DNA of 39,540 nucleotides, from the sequence record NZ_CP023509.1. One strand, 5' to 3'. The DNA comes from a plasmid. A program made the position numbers and the translations under genes. Shown piece after piece: positions 1 through 7,596 of this stretch (position 1 is the stretch's first letter; the number at the start of each line of letters is the position of its first letter). The notes under the pieces were generated by a model that was not told where the DNA came from, did not search any database, and was given only the letters and a program-made list of their open reading frames with translations.

Positions 1-199
1 GAGAAGTTCATGAATCGTTGAGTTGGGCCGCCCGGCATCTGCACGAAACAGATACCGGGCGGCTTCGCTGTGTAGGCACTAGGTGGGGTTTGGGAATTAT
101 GGGTGTGGCTGCGGGGCGGATACCCTGCATGATGTGGGTCTGAGAGGTTAAACTATGTGTAGGTCAATGCTAGAAAAACTTCCCGAAAGGAAAACTAAA

Positions 200-568
200 A
201 TGTCCCGTTCACCCCGTACCACCGCCGCCCGCCGTGCACGCGAAAAGGCGGAAGAAAACGGGCGCATCTTTAAAGAGCTCCAGGCTCGACTACATGCGCT
301 TGCAGTGGAATTTTTCACCCTCCAAGAAAGCACCCCGGCGGCAAAGATTGAGAACGAAATCGCCGCCAAAGAGAAGGAACTAGAGGCGCTGCGCGCCAAG
401 CGTGACGAAGCCCGCGAAGAAGCCCGGCGGGTACTCTCTGCACCGGTCGCGGCAATGGCCGCGCTCAATGAGCCGCCCGCAAACATTGCGCAACGCTTGG
501 GGCTGACCCGCGCGCAAGTAAACGGCCTGCTGCGCGTGCATAAGGAATCAGCCGAAACCGAAGATTAG
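200..568 (+). CDS. Coiled-coil protein with C-terminal helix-turn-helix (putative DNA-binding regulator). The ORF track starts at 155; the ATG at 200 has the better RBS.
   Basis: ORF 155..568. C-terminal stretch NIAQRLGLTRAQVNGLL looks like an HTH. The Ala/Glu/Lys/Arg-rich middle is a likely coiled coil. AAGGAAAA lies upstream of the ATG at 200. The gene ends at a long perfect palindromic terminator. Confidence 0.5.
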   Translation: MSRSPRTTAARRAREKAEENGRIFKELQARLHALAVEFFTLQESTPAAKIENEIAAKEKELEALRAKRDEAREEARRVLSAPVAAMAALNEPPANIAQRLGLTRAQVNGLLRVHKESAETED

Positions 569-574
569 GAACGC

Positions 575-629
575 GAAAGGGCGGCGGGGCTTCTCAGAGA
601 ATTTCTCTGAGAAGCCCCGCCGCCCTTTC
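575..629. terminator. Bidirectional intrinsic terminator (perfect ~25-bp inverted repeat)
   Basis: gaaagggcggcggggcttctcagaga att tctctgagaagccccgccgccctttc lies between the convergent genes 200..568(+) and 635..916(-). Confidence 0.7.
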
Positions 630-634
630 GTTGG

Positions 635-916
635 CTAGCTCTTAATCTTGACCGCCCAACCCGCTACGAAAGCCGGGTTATTAGGCTTCAGATTCGACCG
701 GCTGGCGACGATTACCCGGCACCCCGCGTCTTCCAGAAGCCGCAACATTTCGAGTTGCTGCTCTTGAAAGGTTCCCCCGCACCGTTGCGCCCATTCCGTG
801 AACTCCGTGATGAGTTTCTGGAGCCGGTCGGGGGTCGCCTCGTGACCGGTAACCTCCACCATTGGGTGATGAGTGTTAAGGCTCGCGTATCGCGTCCATA
901 CGTCATAAATTGCCAT
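635..916 (-). CDS. Hypothetical small protein, member of a five-copy ~90-aa paralog family (family A)
   Basis: 93 aa. Shares the EQQLEMLRLLEDAG..V..(G)W(A/M)VKF/TF C-terminal pattern with 985..1272, 1506..1787, 2523..2801 and 3033..3302. Lies immediately downstream of 985..1272 and is probably co-transcribed with it. Confidence 0.6.
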   Translation of the reverse strand: MAIYDVWTRYASLNTHHPMVEVTGHEATPDRLQKLITEFTEWAQRCGGTFQEQQLEMLRLLEDAGCRVIVASRSNLKPNNPAFVAGWAVKIKS

Positions 917-984
917 GTTGTGCCCTTCTGTCAGGTGGTGGGGCGGCGCATCATGCGCCGCCCCGTTGCTGGTGTGTCTAAGCT

Positions 985-1272
985 TTAGCCTTCGCTAAAG
1001 GTAATGGACCACTTAGCCGAAACGCCGGGCTTGGTGTAATCCGACTGGCTCGACATCACCACTACCCAACCTTCACGCTTGAGCTTGCACTCCATGACTT
1101 CGCGGTGCAGCTGTGCCGCCGCCGGAATGCCGACGCTAAAGCTTTCGCGGCAAACCTCCAACAGGCTACGCAAGCGGTCGGGAATCGGTGCCGGGCCGCT
1201 GAGGTTGAACGTCAGACGCTTAGTCTTCGGGGTGGTGCCGTAGTAACTTGCGGTGAGCTCGTACAGTGCCAT
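985..1272 (-). CDS. Hypothetical small protein, family A paralog
   Basis: 95 aa. The start codon is directly preceded by the conserved module (AGGAAUUAAUCAUCAUG). Confidence 0.6.
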   Translation of the reverse strand: MALYELTASYYGTTPKTKRLTFNLSGPAPIPDRLRSLLEVCRESFSVGIPAAAQLHREVMECKLKREGWVVVMSSQSDYTKPGVSAKWSITFSEG

Positions 1273-1440
1273 GATGATTAATTCCTAACTGATTCGCTGT
1301 CGGCTGCGCCGGTCGGCGCTACCGGTAAGGGTTTCGGGGTTTCCCTCCCCGTTCTTCCTTACACTTATAGTTTACCATATATGGAAGCATACAAACAAGC
1401 TGGAACGGTGGAAATTTCGAGGGAATTTCAGCGCGCCACC
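1273..1440 (-). promoter_or_regulatory. Conserved promoter + structured 5'-UTR module, copy 1. Sigma70-like TTGTTT-N18-TGgTAAACT, ~100-nt leader with two hairpins, SD AGGAA.
   Basis: Near-identical modules occur at 1788, 2802, 3303, 4585, 5585, 6261, 7852, 9664, 12117 (minus orientation) and 12241, 13640, 15000 (plus orientation). Core: ccttacacttatagtttaccatatatggaag...cttgttt. Confidence 0.6.
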
Positions 1441-1460
1441 GCACCGAAAAGCACGAAAGA

Positions 1461-1493
1461 GGGACGGCTCAGAGTTTCCTCTGAACCGCCCCC
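1461..1493 (-). terminator. Intrinsic terminator of 1506..1787 (conserved GGGACGGCTCAGAG/CTCTGAACCGCCCC hairpin)
   Basis: Imperfect GC hairpin immediately 3' of the gene. Same sequence family as the terminators at 2482 and 2985. Confidence 0.5.
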
Positions 1494-1505
1494 TGACCGC
1501 TTCGG

Positions 1506-1787
1506 TTAGTCGGTGAACGTCACCATCCAATGACCGTTTACCGGCTCGGTGTGTTCGGCTCCAAACGTGGAGGTCGTGCGAATAATCTTAAACCCCGCTT
1601 CTTCGAGCAAGCGCACCATTTCGAGGTTTTGCTCTTGCGGGCTACGGAAGCACTTAAGATAGGTCATCGTAGACCCCTCCAGCACCTTATAAACAGCTTC
1701 CACGCCGGGCGCCTGAGTCACGCCAATACGCACGCTCGCCTTATCGCCCTCGTCGGTGTAGATTGCCTTGAGGTGGAAAGTAGACAT
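1506..1787 (-). CDS. Hypothetical small protein, family A paralog
   Basis: 93 aa. PQEQNLEMVRLLEEAGFKII...NGHWMVTF is almost identical in pattern to 3033..3302. Has its own module copy upstream. Confidence 0.65.
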   Translation of the reverse strand: MSTFHLKAIYTDEGDKASVRIGVTQAPGVEAVYKVLEGSTMTYLKCFRSPQEQNLEMVRLLEEAGFKIIRTTSTFGAEHTEPVNGHWMVTFTD

Positions 1788-1950
1788 GATGTTGTTTCCT
1801 TACTGATTTGCTGTTCGGTGCCGCCGGTCGGCTGCACCGGTAGGGGTTTGGGTTGCTGTCCCGTGTTTTCCCTACACTTATAGTTTACCACATATGGAAG
1901 TGAGAAAACAAGGTGAGACGGCGGAACTTTTGAGGGAATTTCACCGCACC
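1788..1950 (-). promoter_or_regulatory. Conserved promoter/5'-UTR module, copy 2
   Basis: catgatgttgtttccttactgatttgctgttcggtgccgccggtcggctgcaccggtaggggtttgggttgctgtcccgtgttttccctacacttatagtttaccacatatggaag... Confidence 0.6.
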
Positions 1951-1967
1951 CTCTGCACGATAACCCC

Positions 1968-2471
1968 CTAGAATAGCTGGGTTTGTCCTTCCATGACGAT
2001 ACCGCGCCCCAAACGGTCTACAGCCTCTTGGCTGTAGCCGTGCTCTAACACAAAGTCCCGAAGCTCTCGCGCGTCAGCGGCGCGCTCTGCTCTGCTGCGC
2101 CGTAGGAAAACGTGACCGTGCAGGTTGTCCCTTCCGCGCGCGGCACGCTCGCGCATATTGTCCGCGTGGTTGCCCAAGAATAGATGTGAAAGCGCGCCGC
2201 TCTCAGCCCTGACACATAGGGGGTTATCGCAAAGGTGCGTTACCATTTCGGCGGCCTGCACGTCCTCCAGTCCGAACGCGGCGGCGGCGGCGTAGCGGTG
2301 TGCGCGCCACATGATGAACCCTTCCGGGGTGTCGCGATCTTTGACCCAAAATCTACCGTAGCCGTCCGCACCTATCGCGCCCGTCCAGACCCAACACGCG
2401 CCGGGCGCCTGTCCCTTAATCACTTTGTCCCAAAATCGGTTAGTCGCTGCACTGTCCATCATGGACAGCAT
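1968..2471 (-). CDS. HNH homing-type endonuclease (free-standing, phage-like HNH_3 family)
   Basis: 167 aa. CWVWTGAIGADGYGRF matches the N-terminal HNH_3 motif. THLCDNPLCVRAESGALSHLFLGNHADN matches CDNxxCVNPxHLxxGTxxDN. The gene has no module copy. It is wedged between the terminator of 2523..2801 and the module of 1506..1787. Confidence 0.8.
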   Translation of the reverse strand: MLSMMDSAATNRFWDKVIKGQAPGACWVWTGAIGADGYGRFWVKDRDTPEGFIMWRAHRYAAAAAFGLEDVQAAEMVTHLCDNPLCVRAESGALSHLFLGNHADNMRERAARGRDNLHGHVFLRRSRAERAADARELRDFVLEHGYSQEAVDRLGRGIVMEGQTQLF

Positions 2472-2481
2472 GATACGCCAC

Positions 2482-2515
2482 AGGGGCGGCTCAAGGTTTC
2501 CCCTGAGCCGCCCCT
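2482..2515 (-). terminator. Intrinsic terminator of 2523..2801 (perfect 12-bp stem AGGGGCGGCTCA/TGAGCCGCCCCT)
   Basis: GC hairpin immediately 3' of the gene on the minus strand. Confidence 0.65.
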
Positions 2516-2522
2516 ACATTAC

Positions 2523-2801
2523 TTATGCGCCGTGAAATTTAATCATCCAGCCGGTGATGAATCCTTCACAGGTAACCTGCCTTGAAAATTCGGGTACGTA
2601 ATTCGCTTCGAGAATCAGCTCTAGCATAATGTTCAGATGCTCACTCGCCGGAACCTTTACCGCCTGCATCCGCTTCCTATACCGCTGAACCATGTCGTTA
2701 ACATTTTCGGGAATCGGTGCGTCGCTTTCAATACTGAGTGAAACCCCGACCTCCCCACGGGGGTTAGGGGTGTACAGGGTCTTAATGAAAAACGGTTCCA
2801 T
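2523..2801 (-). CDS. Hypothetical small protein, family A paralog (most divergent)
   Basis: 92 aa. Ends ...CEGFITGWMIKFHGA. Module copy upstream. Confidence 0.55.
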   Translation of the reverse strand: MEPFFIKTLYTPNPRGEVGVSLSIESDAPIPENVNDMVQRYRKRMQAVKVPASEHLNIMLELILEANYVPEFSRQVTCEGFITGWMIKFHGA

Positions 2802-2968
2802 GATGTTGTTTCCTAACTGATTTGCTGGGCGGTGCCGCCGGTCGGCTGCACCGGTAGGGGTTTGGGTTGCTGTCCCGTGTTTTCCCTACACTTATAGTTT
2901 ACCACATATGGAACCATGAAAACAAGGTGAGGGCGGCGGATTCTTCGAGGGAATTTCAGCGCGCCAGG
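2802..2968 (-). promoter_or_regulatory. Conserved promoter/5'-UTR module, copy 3
   Basis: Near identical to copy 2. Confidence 0.6.
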
Positions 2969-2984
2969 TGTGCCAGAAAGTGCA

Positions 2985-3019
2985 AGGGGGCGGCTCAAGG
3001 TTTCCCCTGAGTCGCCCCT
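2985..3019 (-). terminator. Intrinsic terminator of 3033..3302 (same sequence family as 2482..2515)
   Basis: gggggcggctca aggtttcccc tgagtcgcccct. Confidence 0.6.
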
Positions 3020-3032
3020 GTGGTTGCTTCGG

Positions 3033-3302
3033 TTAGCCCGCGAAGGTCACCGCCCAATGACCGTTTACCGGGTCGTGCTGCTCTGCTCCAAATGTGGAGG
3101 TCGTGCTAACAATCGTGAAGCCCGCCCGCTCCAGCATCCAGAGCATTTCTAGGTTTTGCTCTTGCGGGGTATCGAAGAATTTAATGTAGCTCTTGGCTTC
3201 TTCCAATAGGGGGGTGAAGGCTTCCGCGCCGGGTGCTTCCTTCATGGCAAGCTGTACCCCTGCATTGTCGGCGTAGTTGCCCTTGAGCGTGAAAGTGGAC
3301 AT
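3033..3302 (-). CDS. Hypothetical small protein, family A paralog
   Basis: 89 aa. TPQEQNLEMLWMLERAGFTIVSTTSTFGAEQHDPVNGHWAVTF. Confidence 0.65.
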   Translation of the reverse strand: MSTFTLKGNYADNAGVQLAMKEAPGAEAFTPLLEEAKSYIKFFDTPQEQNLEMLWMLERAGFTIVSTTSTFGAEQHDPVNGHWAVTFAG

Positions 3303-3450
3303 GATTTCATTTCCTAACTGATTTGCTGTTCGGTGCCGCCGGTCGGCTGCACCGGTAAGGTGTTCGGGGTTTCCCGCCCCGATTTATCCTTACACTTATA
3401 GTTTACCATATATGGAAGCGTGTAGGTAAAGTGGGGCGGTAAAAATCCCG
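3303..3450 (-). promoter_or_regulatory. Conserved promoter/5'-UTR module, copy 4
   Basis: catgatttcatttcctaactgatttgctgttcggtgccgccggtcggctgcaccggtaaggtgttcggggtttcccgccccgatttatccttacacttatagtttaccatatatggaag. Confidence 0.6.
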
Positions 3451-3512
3451 CAAAAAAGGGCGGCCCACCCCCACACAGGGGCGAACCGCCTTAGCGCCCC
3501 TCAGAGGCTCAT

Positions 3513-3917
3513 CTAGAACACATGCGCGAGAAGCTGCACCATCAGCGCCACGCCACAGAAGACCGCCAGAATCCCCGCAAAGACCCCGCCAAAAACCGCC
3601 GCTTCGCCGCCTGAATCCTTCGCCTTCTTAATCGATCGCTTCCCGCCCATGATGAGCAAAACCACGAAAGGAAGCGCAACGGAAATATACGCCATATACC
3701 CTATATGTGCGCCCTCTAGGGGGTCTTGATTCGATTGACTCATCATCAGCGGCGCGACAATAACCAAAGCCTCGAAGACAAACACACCGAAGACCGTAGC
3801 GGCAAAATAGGGCGCTTCCTGGCGTAGATGCTGGCGGGGAATTGCCAGAGCCCACACCACGCTATGCCCCATGAGAGCTATGACCGTAAACAGCAGCAGA
3901 GCCGGAAGATGTTCCAT
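3513..3917 (-). CDS. Small integral membrane protein (4 predicted TM helices)
   Basis: 134 aa, hydrophobic throughout. SD AAGGAAAA upstream. No module of its own. Follows the terminator of 4003..4584. Confidence 0.55.
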   Translation of the reverse strand: MEHLPALLLFTVIALMGHSVVWALAIPRQHLRQEAPYFAATVFGVFVFEALVIVAPLMMSQSNQDPLEGAHIGYMAYISVALPFVVLLIMGGKRSIKKAKDSGGEAAVFGGVFAGILAVFCGVALMVQLLAHVF

Positions 3918-3951
3918 GATATGTTTTCCTTTGCTTGTGGTTGGAGATGAA

Positions 3952-3982
3952 GGGGGAAACCGGAATGTTCCGGCTTCCCCCC
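3952..3982 (-). terminator. Hairpin terminator downstream of 4003..4584
   Basis: gggggaaaccgg aatgtt ccggcttccccc. Confidence 0.45.
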
Positions 3983-4002
3983 GCTTTCTGTGTGCTAAGC
4001 GA

Positions 4003-4584
4003 CTAGCTCAGCGCTTCGGTCGAAACCCCTAAGTCCTGAGCGAGGCGGGCGATAAACTTACGCGCCGGAACAAGCTTAGCGGTGCCGTATTCCTGCTTGA
4101 GGGCGTAGCGGGCGTATGCCTTCACGTTCTTACGGGTTACCGCCACGGGTTCGGCGGTTGCTTCGTCCAGCTTTCCCCACGGGTCGAACTCGTCATCTTC
4201 AAAGTCAAACCATACGGTGCGCGGGGCGGTAATTGCCTCAGACGGGCACCCGTTCCATGCCATGTAAACATCTTCGGTCAGCGGCACCTCCGGGGCTGCG
4301 TAGAGCTTTTCCCCGCTGGCACGGGTGCCGTTGGTGACAAGCTCACAGAACGGGTCAATGAACGGGGTCACAAGCTCCTCAATGATGGAGATGATGCCCT
4401 CCAGGGTACCCACCCCAAGGTAGGTTTTTTGTGCCGGAAGCCACGGGTTCGAGTCTGCAAACTCGCCCATGCGAAGAATTGCCGGGCGGTCGCACCACAG
4501 GGCGTAGGGCTTACCGCCGTTCTTCTCGATTTCCTCCACCTCGCGGGTGATAGCGGTGATGTCTGCGCCGGTCATCTTTGCCAT
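4003..4584 (-). CDS. Hypothetical protein, paralog of 11514..12116 (family B)
   Basis: 193 aa. Shares GGKPYA...SGEKLYAAPEVPLTEDVYMAWN with 11514..12116. C-terminal EPVAVTRKNVKAYARYAL resembles the PLPVTxENV motif of family C. Module copy upstream. Confidence 0.6.
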   Translation of the reverse strand: MAKMTGADITAITREVEEIEKNGGKPYALWCDRPAILRMGEFADSNPWLPAQKTYLGVGTLEGIISIIEELVTPFIDPFCELVTNGTRASGEKLYAAPEVPLTEDVYMAWNGCPSEAITAPRTVWFDFEDDEFDPWGKLDEATAEPVAVTRKNVKAYARYALKQEYGTAKLVPARKFIARLAQDLGVSTEALS

Positions 4585-4750
4585 GATGTTTGTTTCCTAA
4601 CTGATTTGCTGTTCGGTGTCGCCGGTCGGCTGCACCGGTAGGGGTTTGGGGGTTCCGCCCCGTTCTTCCTTACACTTATAGTTTACCACAAATAGAAGAA
4701 TACAAACAAGCTGTGGCGGTGGAAAATCTAGAAAAAATCCCCCTGCAAAC
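4585..4750 (-). promoter_or_regulatory. Conserved promoter/5'-UTR module, copy 5
   Basis: Module sequence with -10 variant TATTTGTGGTAAACT. Confidence 0.55.
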
Positions 4751-4828
4751 ACCCCGCTGTGGCACGCATTTCATGGCATAAGCTAGGCCCCCTCCCCCTC
4801 ACAGGAAGAGAGCCTAGCTCACTGTGTG

Positions 4829-5584
4829 CTAACCCTCGACCGGGTTCAGCTCCACGCGCCAATCATAGGTTGGGTTCTCCCACCGCACGATACGTTCAGC
4901 GAAGCGGCGCACGTTCTCCACGGTCACAGGCAACGGGTGAATGTGTCGCCAGACCGGGGCCGGGCTGTCCAGGGGTTCAAACTCGCGCATGGTGTCGTCT
5001 TCGTTGTGGCACATGCTCGGCTTGTCGGTGAACCACTTCCAGGCGGCCATGTTCTTACCTTCTTCATGGCTAAACATTTCTTCCGGGGTGCAGAAGCGGC
5101 ACAGTCCCCAATCTTCGAGCTGTTCGACCAATTCGGGAAGGGTGCCCGTCCACTGGCGGGCTTTATCGCCGTCTGCAAAGGCCTGTACTCGGTAGACCCG
5201 ATCGCTTCCCGCTGCGGCGGGCTCTGCGGTCATTTCAACGCTCCAGGGTTCCCCGTCGCTTGCCTCAGCGGTGATGTAGTGGACGTAATTTTCAACGTTC
5301 GCGCGGGTCACAGGCAACGGGTGAATGTGCGGAAAGAACTTACCGCCGCCGGGTGCCGGGCGACTGAAGGGGTAGGTTTCGGTCGCTTCCTCTTCGCTGA
5401 GGTCTTGGGGGCTGATTCCGCGGGCGCGGTCAGTGAACCATTCCCACCCAATGCCCATAATGCGGCGGTTAAACGGCGCGTCCTGATTCTTCTGTGCCCA
5501 CTGCACAATGTCGGCCAGGGTGCCGGCGTATTCGGTGATGGTTTCGCCAATGGTGGCGCGAATGGTAAACAGCTGGTAAGTCAT
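4829..5584 (-). CDS. Hypothetical protein with internal tandem duplication, family C (PLPVTxENV motif)
   Basis: The ORF track runs to 5635, but the conserved leader places the start at the ATG 5582-5584 (MTYQLF...), giving ~251 aa. Two repeats each carry WxWFTD and HPLPVT(R/V)(A/E)NV motifs. Homologous to 5808..6260. Confidence 0.6.
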   Translation of the reverse strand: MTYQLFTIRATIGETITEYAGTLADIVQWAQKNQDAPFNRRIMGIGWEWFTDRARGISPQDLSEEEATETYPFSRPAPGGGKFFPHIHPLPVTRANVENYVHYITAEASDGEPWSVEMTAEPAAAGSDRVYRVQAFADGDKARQWTGTLPELVEQLEDWGLCRFCTPEEMFSHEEGKNMAAWKWFTDKPSMCHNEDDTMREFEPLDSPAPVWRHIHPLPVTVENVRRFAERIVRWENPTYDWRVELNPVEG

Positions 5585-5750
5585 GATGTTATGTCCTTGT
5601 CTGATTTGCTGTTCGGTGCCGCCGGTCGGCTGCACCGGTAAGGTGTTCGGGGTTCCGCCCCGTCGTCCCTACACTTATAGTTTACCACATATGGAAGTAT
5701 ACAAACAAGCTGGAACGGCGGGGATTTTGGGGAAATTTCGCCCCGAAACC
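5585..5750 (-). promoter_or_regulatory. Conserved promoter/5'-UTR module, copy 6
   Basis: catgatgttatgtccttgtctgatttgctgttcggtgccgccggtcggctgcaccggtaaggtgttcggggttccgccccgtcgtccctacacttatagtttaccacatatggaag. Confidence 0.6.
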
Positions 5751-5807
5751 GGGCACGCAAAAAAGGGGGGCGGGCACATCATGTACCCACCCCCTAGAGC
5801 CTAGCTC

Positions 5808-6260
5808 TTAGAGAACTTCCCTCAGCTCAACCCCCCACCGTACAGAAGGGTCTTCCTTGGTCATGGTGTAGTGAACGTAGTTGCCGACATTCTCCACCGT
5901 GTGCGGCATGGGGATTACACGCCGCCATGAAATGACGGGGAAAATATCGCCATTATCAAGCTCCAACACCTGCACCCCTTCATCTGCTGTTTTATACAGC
6001 TGATGAACCATTCGACTGTTTGCCCCGAAGAGTTCCCGCACTTCCCGCACATAATCAGTGAACCATTCGTGGCACGTCACCCGCTCCTCTGTCCCGCGCC
6101 GGTAGGCAATGAATGGGCGAGAGAAGCGCACAATATTGTGTTGCTCCATCTGCTGCACAATGTCGGCCAGAGTGCCAGTCGTGACCTTCTCCCCGTCCTG
6201 TCCGTCCTTGGACAAGAAAACGCTGTAGACCCGATCGCTGGCTTCCTTGATGGTGTTCAT
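5808..6260 (-). CDS. Hypothetical protein, family C (single-repeat version)
   Basis: 150 aa. DRVYSVF..TGTLADIVQQME, WFTD and IPMPHTVENVGNYVHY match both repeats of 4829..5584. Confidence 0.6.
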   Translation of the reverse strand: MNTIKEASDRVYSVFLSKDGQDGEKVTTGTLADIVQQMEQHNIVRFSRPFIAYRRGTEERVTCHEWFTDYVREVRELFGANSRMVHQLYKTADEGVQVLELDNGDIFPVISWRRVIPMPHTVENVGNYVHYTMTKEDPSVRWGVELREVL

Positions 6261-6420
6261 ATTCAGCCCCTTCTGCTATGTGTCAGCCGCGCCTATTGGC
6301 TCAGCTGGTAAGGGTTCCAGGGTTTCCCTCCCCGGTCTGTCCTTACACTTATATTCTAGCACAAGTAGAAACGTATAAACAAGGTGGGGCGGCGGATTCA
6401 GAGCATAAAAAAGTTCCCCC
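6261..6420 (-). promoter_or_regulatory. Conserved promoter/5'-UTR module, copy 7 (diverged 3' part; -10 TAGAAT)
   Basis: ggtaagggttccagggtttccctccccggtctgtccttacacttatattctagcacaagtagaaacgtataaacaagg. Confidence 0.5.
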
Positions 6421-6482
6421 CTCGCATCATGCACAAGGGGGGAACCAGCAAATCAGTTAATGCAACTGTACCACGGGTAAGG

Positions 6483-6821
6483 TCAGAAGTCCAGCGGCAC
6501 CTCTGCACCGTAGCGCTCTTCCAGAATATCGAAGATTTCGCTGTAAATTTTCTGCACGCTCACGCCTTCTATTTCTGCGGCGCGGTCGACCAGAAACTTC
6601 TGTTGCTCAGTGCCGCGAATGGTGTAAATGGTGTACTTGATACCCTTGCGGCGGGCGATTGCTCGCGCTGTCGTATCCATTGCGCGGGTCTGCGCCGCCG
6701 CGTCGATATCGTGCTTCTCGCTCTTGGCCACAAAGTCCTCAGCGCGGCGAGAACCTGCGCGACGGGTGCCGCCTCGCCTCTGCTGCGCCTTCGCATTGAT
6801 TGCCTGTGCCATGATAGGCAC
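6483..6821 (-). CDS. Ribbon-helix-helix centromere-binding protein (ParG/ParB-type Ib-like) downstream of parA
   Basis: 112 aa. Basic, disordered N-terminal tail. C-terminal beta-strand (KYTIYTI) followed by two helices, an RHH pattern. SD AGGAGG. Stop and start lie 26 nt from parA. Confidence 0.55.
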   Translation of the reverse strand: MPIMAQAINAKAQQRRGGTRRAGSRRAEDFVAKSEKHDIDAAAQTRAMDTTARAIARRKGIKYTIYTIRGTEQQKFLVDRAAEIEGVSVQKIYSEIFDILEERYGAEVPLDF

Positions 6822-6847
6822 CTCCTAAAAGTCGTCGGGATCGGGTC

Positions 6848-7504
6848 TTACGCGCCCGCGTAGTCCAGAATTTCACTCGCCAATGCCTGCATTTCCTCGC
6901 TGGCCTGCTCAGTGCGGGCGCGCTGCTCTACCACGCCCCGGCCTTCTTTCAGAGCGTCGGGGTAAATGCGGCGATTGAAAATTACCGCGTCCGCTAGCGC
7001 GAAGTCTTCCGGGCTGTCTTCCAGCGCGGCGATAGCCACGTCACGGTGCTTGCTCCTGGGGTGAGTGGACGCGCGCGTAATGACCACCAGCATTTTCAGC
7101 GCTTCGTTGATGATGCGTGCTTCGTCCATACGGGCGAGAAAATCTTTCGTGCTGTCCAAATCGGGCTTGTCGGCGTTGGTCGGAATGACAAGCACGTCAG
7201 AGACTAGGGCTGCGGTGCGCAATTCGAGCGAATCCTTACCCGCCGTGTCTACTAGCACAAGGTCGTAAGCCTGCTCCAGGCCTTCGAGCGTGACATTCAG
7301 CCTGTCGGTCTTCCGTAGGACGGTGACCGGTGCCAGGTCGTCGTGTGCTTCGCGGCGTGCGGCCCATGTGGAGGACGTGTACACGGACGGGTCGGCCTCA
7401 ATGACGATGACGCGGTGCCCCGCGCGCTGATAGATTGCGGCGAGATTGACCGCGAGGGTGGATTTTCCGGTGCCGCCCTTGTGGCTGCCAATGGTGATAA
7501 TCAT
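6848..7504 (-). CDS. parA: ParA-family partition ATPase (small, type Ib)
   Basis: 218 aa. Deviant Walker A IGSHKGGTGKST. Aspartates at VIVIEADP and LVDTAG. Confidence 0.9.
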   Translation of the reverse strand: MIITIGSHKGGTGKSTLAVNLAAIYQRAGHRVIVIEADPSVYTSSTWAARREAHDDLAPVTVLRKTDRLNVTLEGLEQAYDLVLVDTAGKDSLELRTAALVSDVLVIPTNADKPDLDSTKDFLARMDEARIINEALKMLVVITRASTHPRSKHRDVAIAALEDSPEDFALADAVIFNRRIYPDALKEGRGVVEQRARTEQASEEMQALASEILDYAGA

Positions 7505-7520
7505 GATTTTCTGCTCCTTC

Positions 7521-7568
7521 TGATGCAGTCATTGCATAATGCAATGATAGCACTCTGCAATGATAGCA
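7521..7568. promoter_or_regulatory. parA promoter-operator region: palindrome TCATTGCATAATGCAATGA plus two direct repeats TGCAATGATAGCAC
   Basis: Sits immediately upstream of the parA start. The palindrome core matches the long palindromes at 17566 and 18681. Confidence 0.55.
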
Positions 7569-7596
7569 CGGCGTACGTGCTTGTTGATCCGAAAGT

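Noticed and set aside
148-486. 112-aa minus-strand ORF
   Set aside because: Antisense to the better-supported 200..568 HTH gene. Low-complexity Ala/Ser/Arg translation typical of GC-rich antisense.
635-1272. Toxin-antitoxin pair (two adjacent ~95-aa genes)
   Set aside because: Both belong to the same five-member paralog family. They have no RHH or HTH antitoxin features and no toxin fold that I can recognise.
4826-5641. 271-aa plus-strand ORF mirroring 4829..5584(-), and other long antisense ORFs (34472..35446, 35636..36250, 37901..38464 inside the relaxase; 19236..19565 and 19935..20613 inside surface genes)
   Set aside because: These are high-GC antisense ORFs. They lack start context and conservation, and they fully overlap well-supported genes on the other strand.
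6384-6863. 159-aa plus-strand ORF overlapping the RHH gene
   Set aside because: Opposite strand of parA and the RHH gene, with no start signals.
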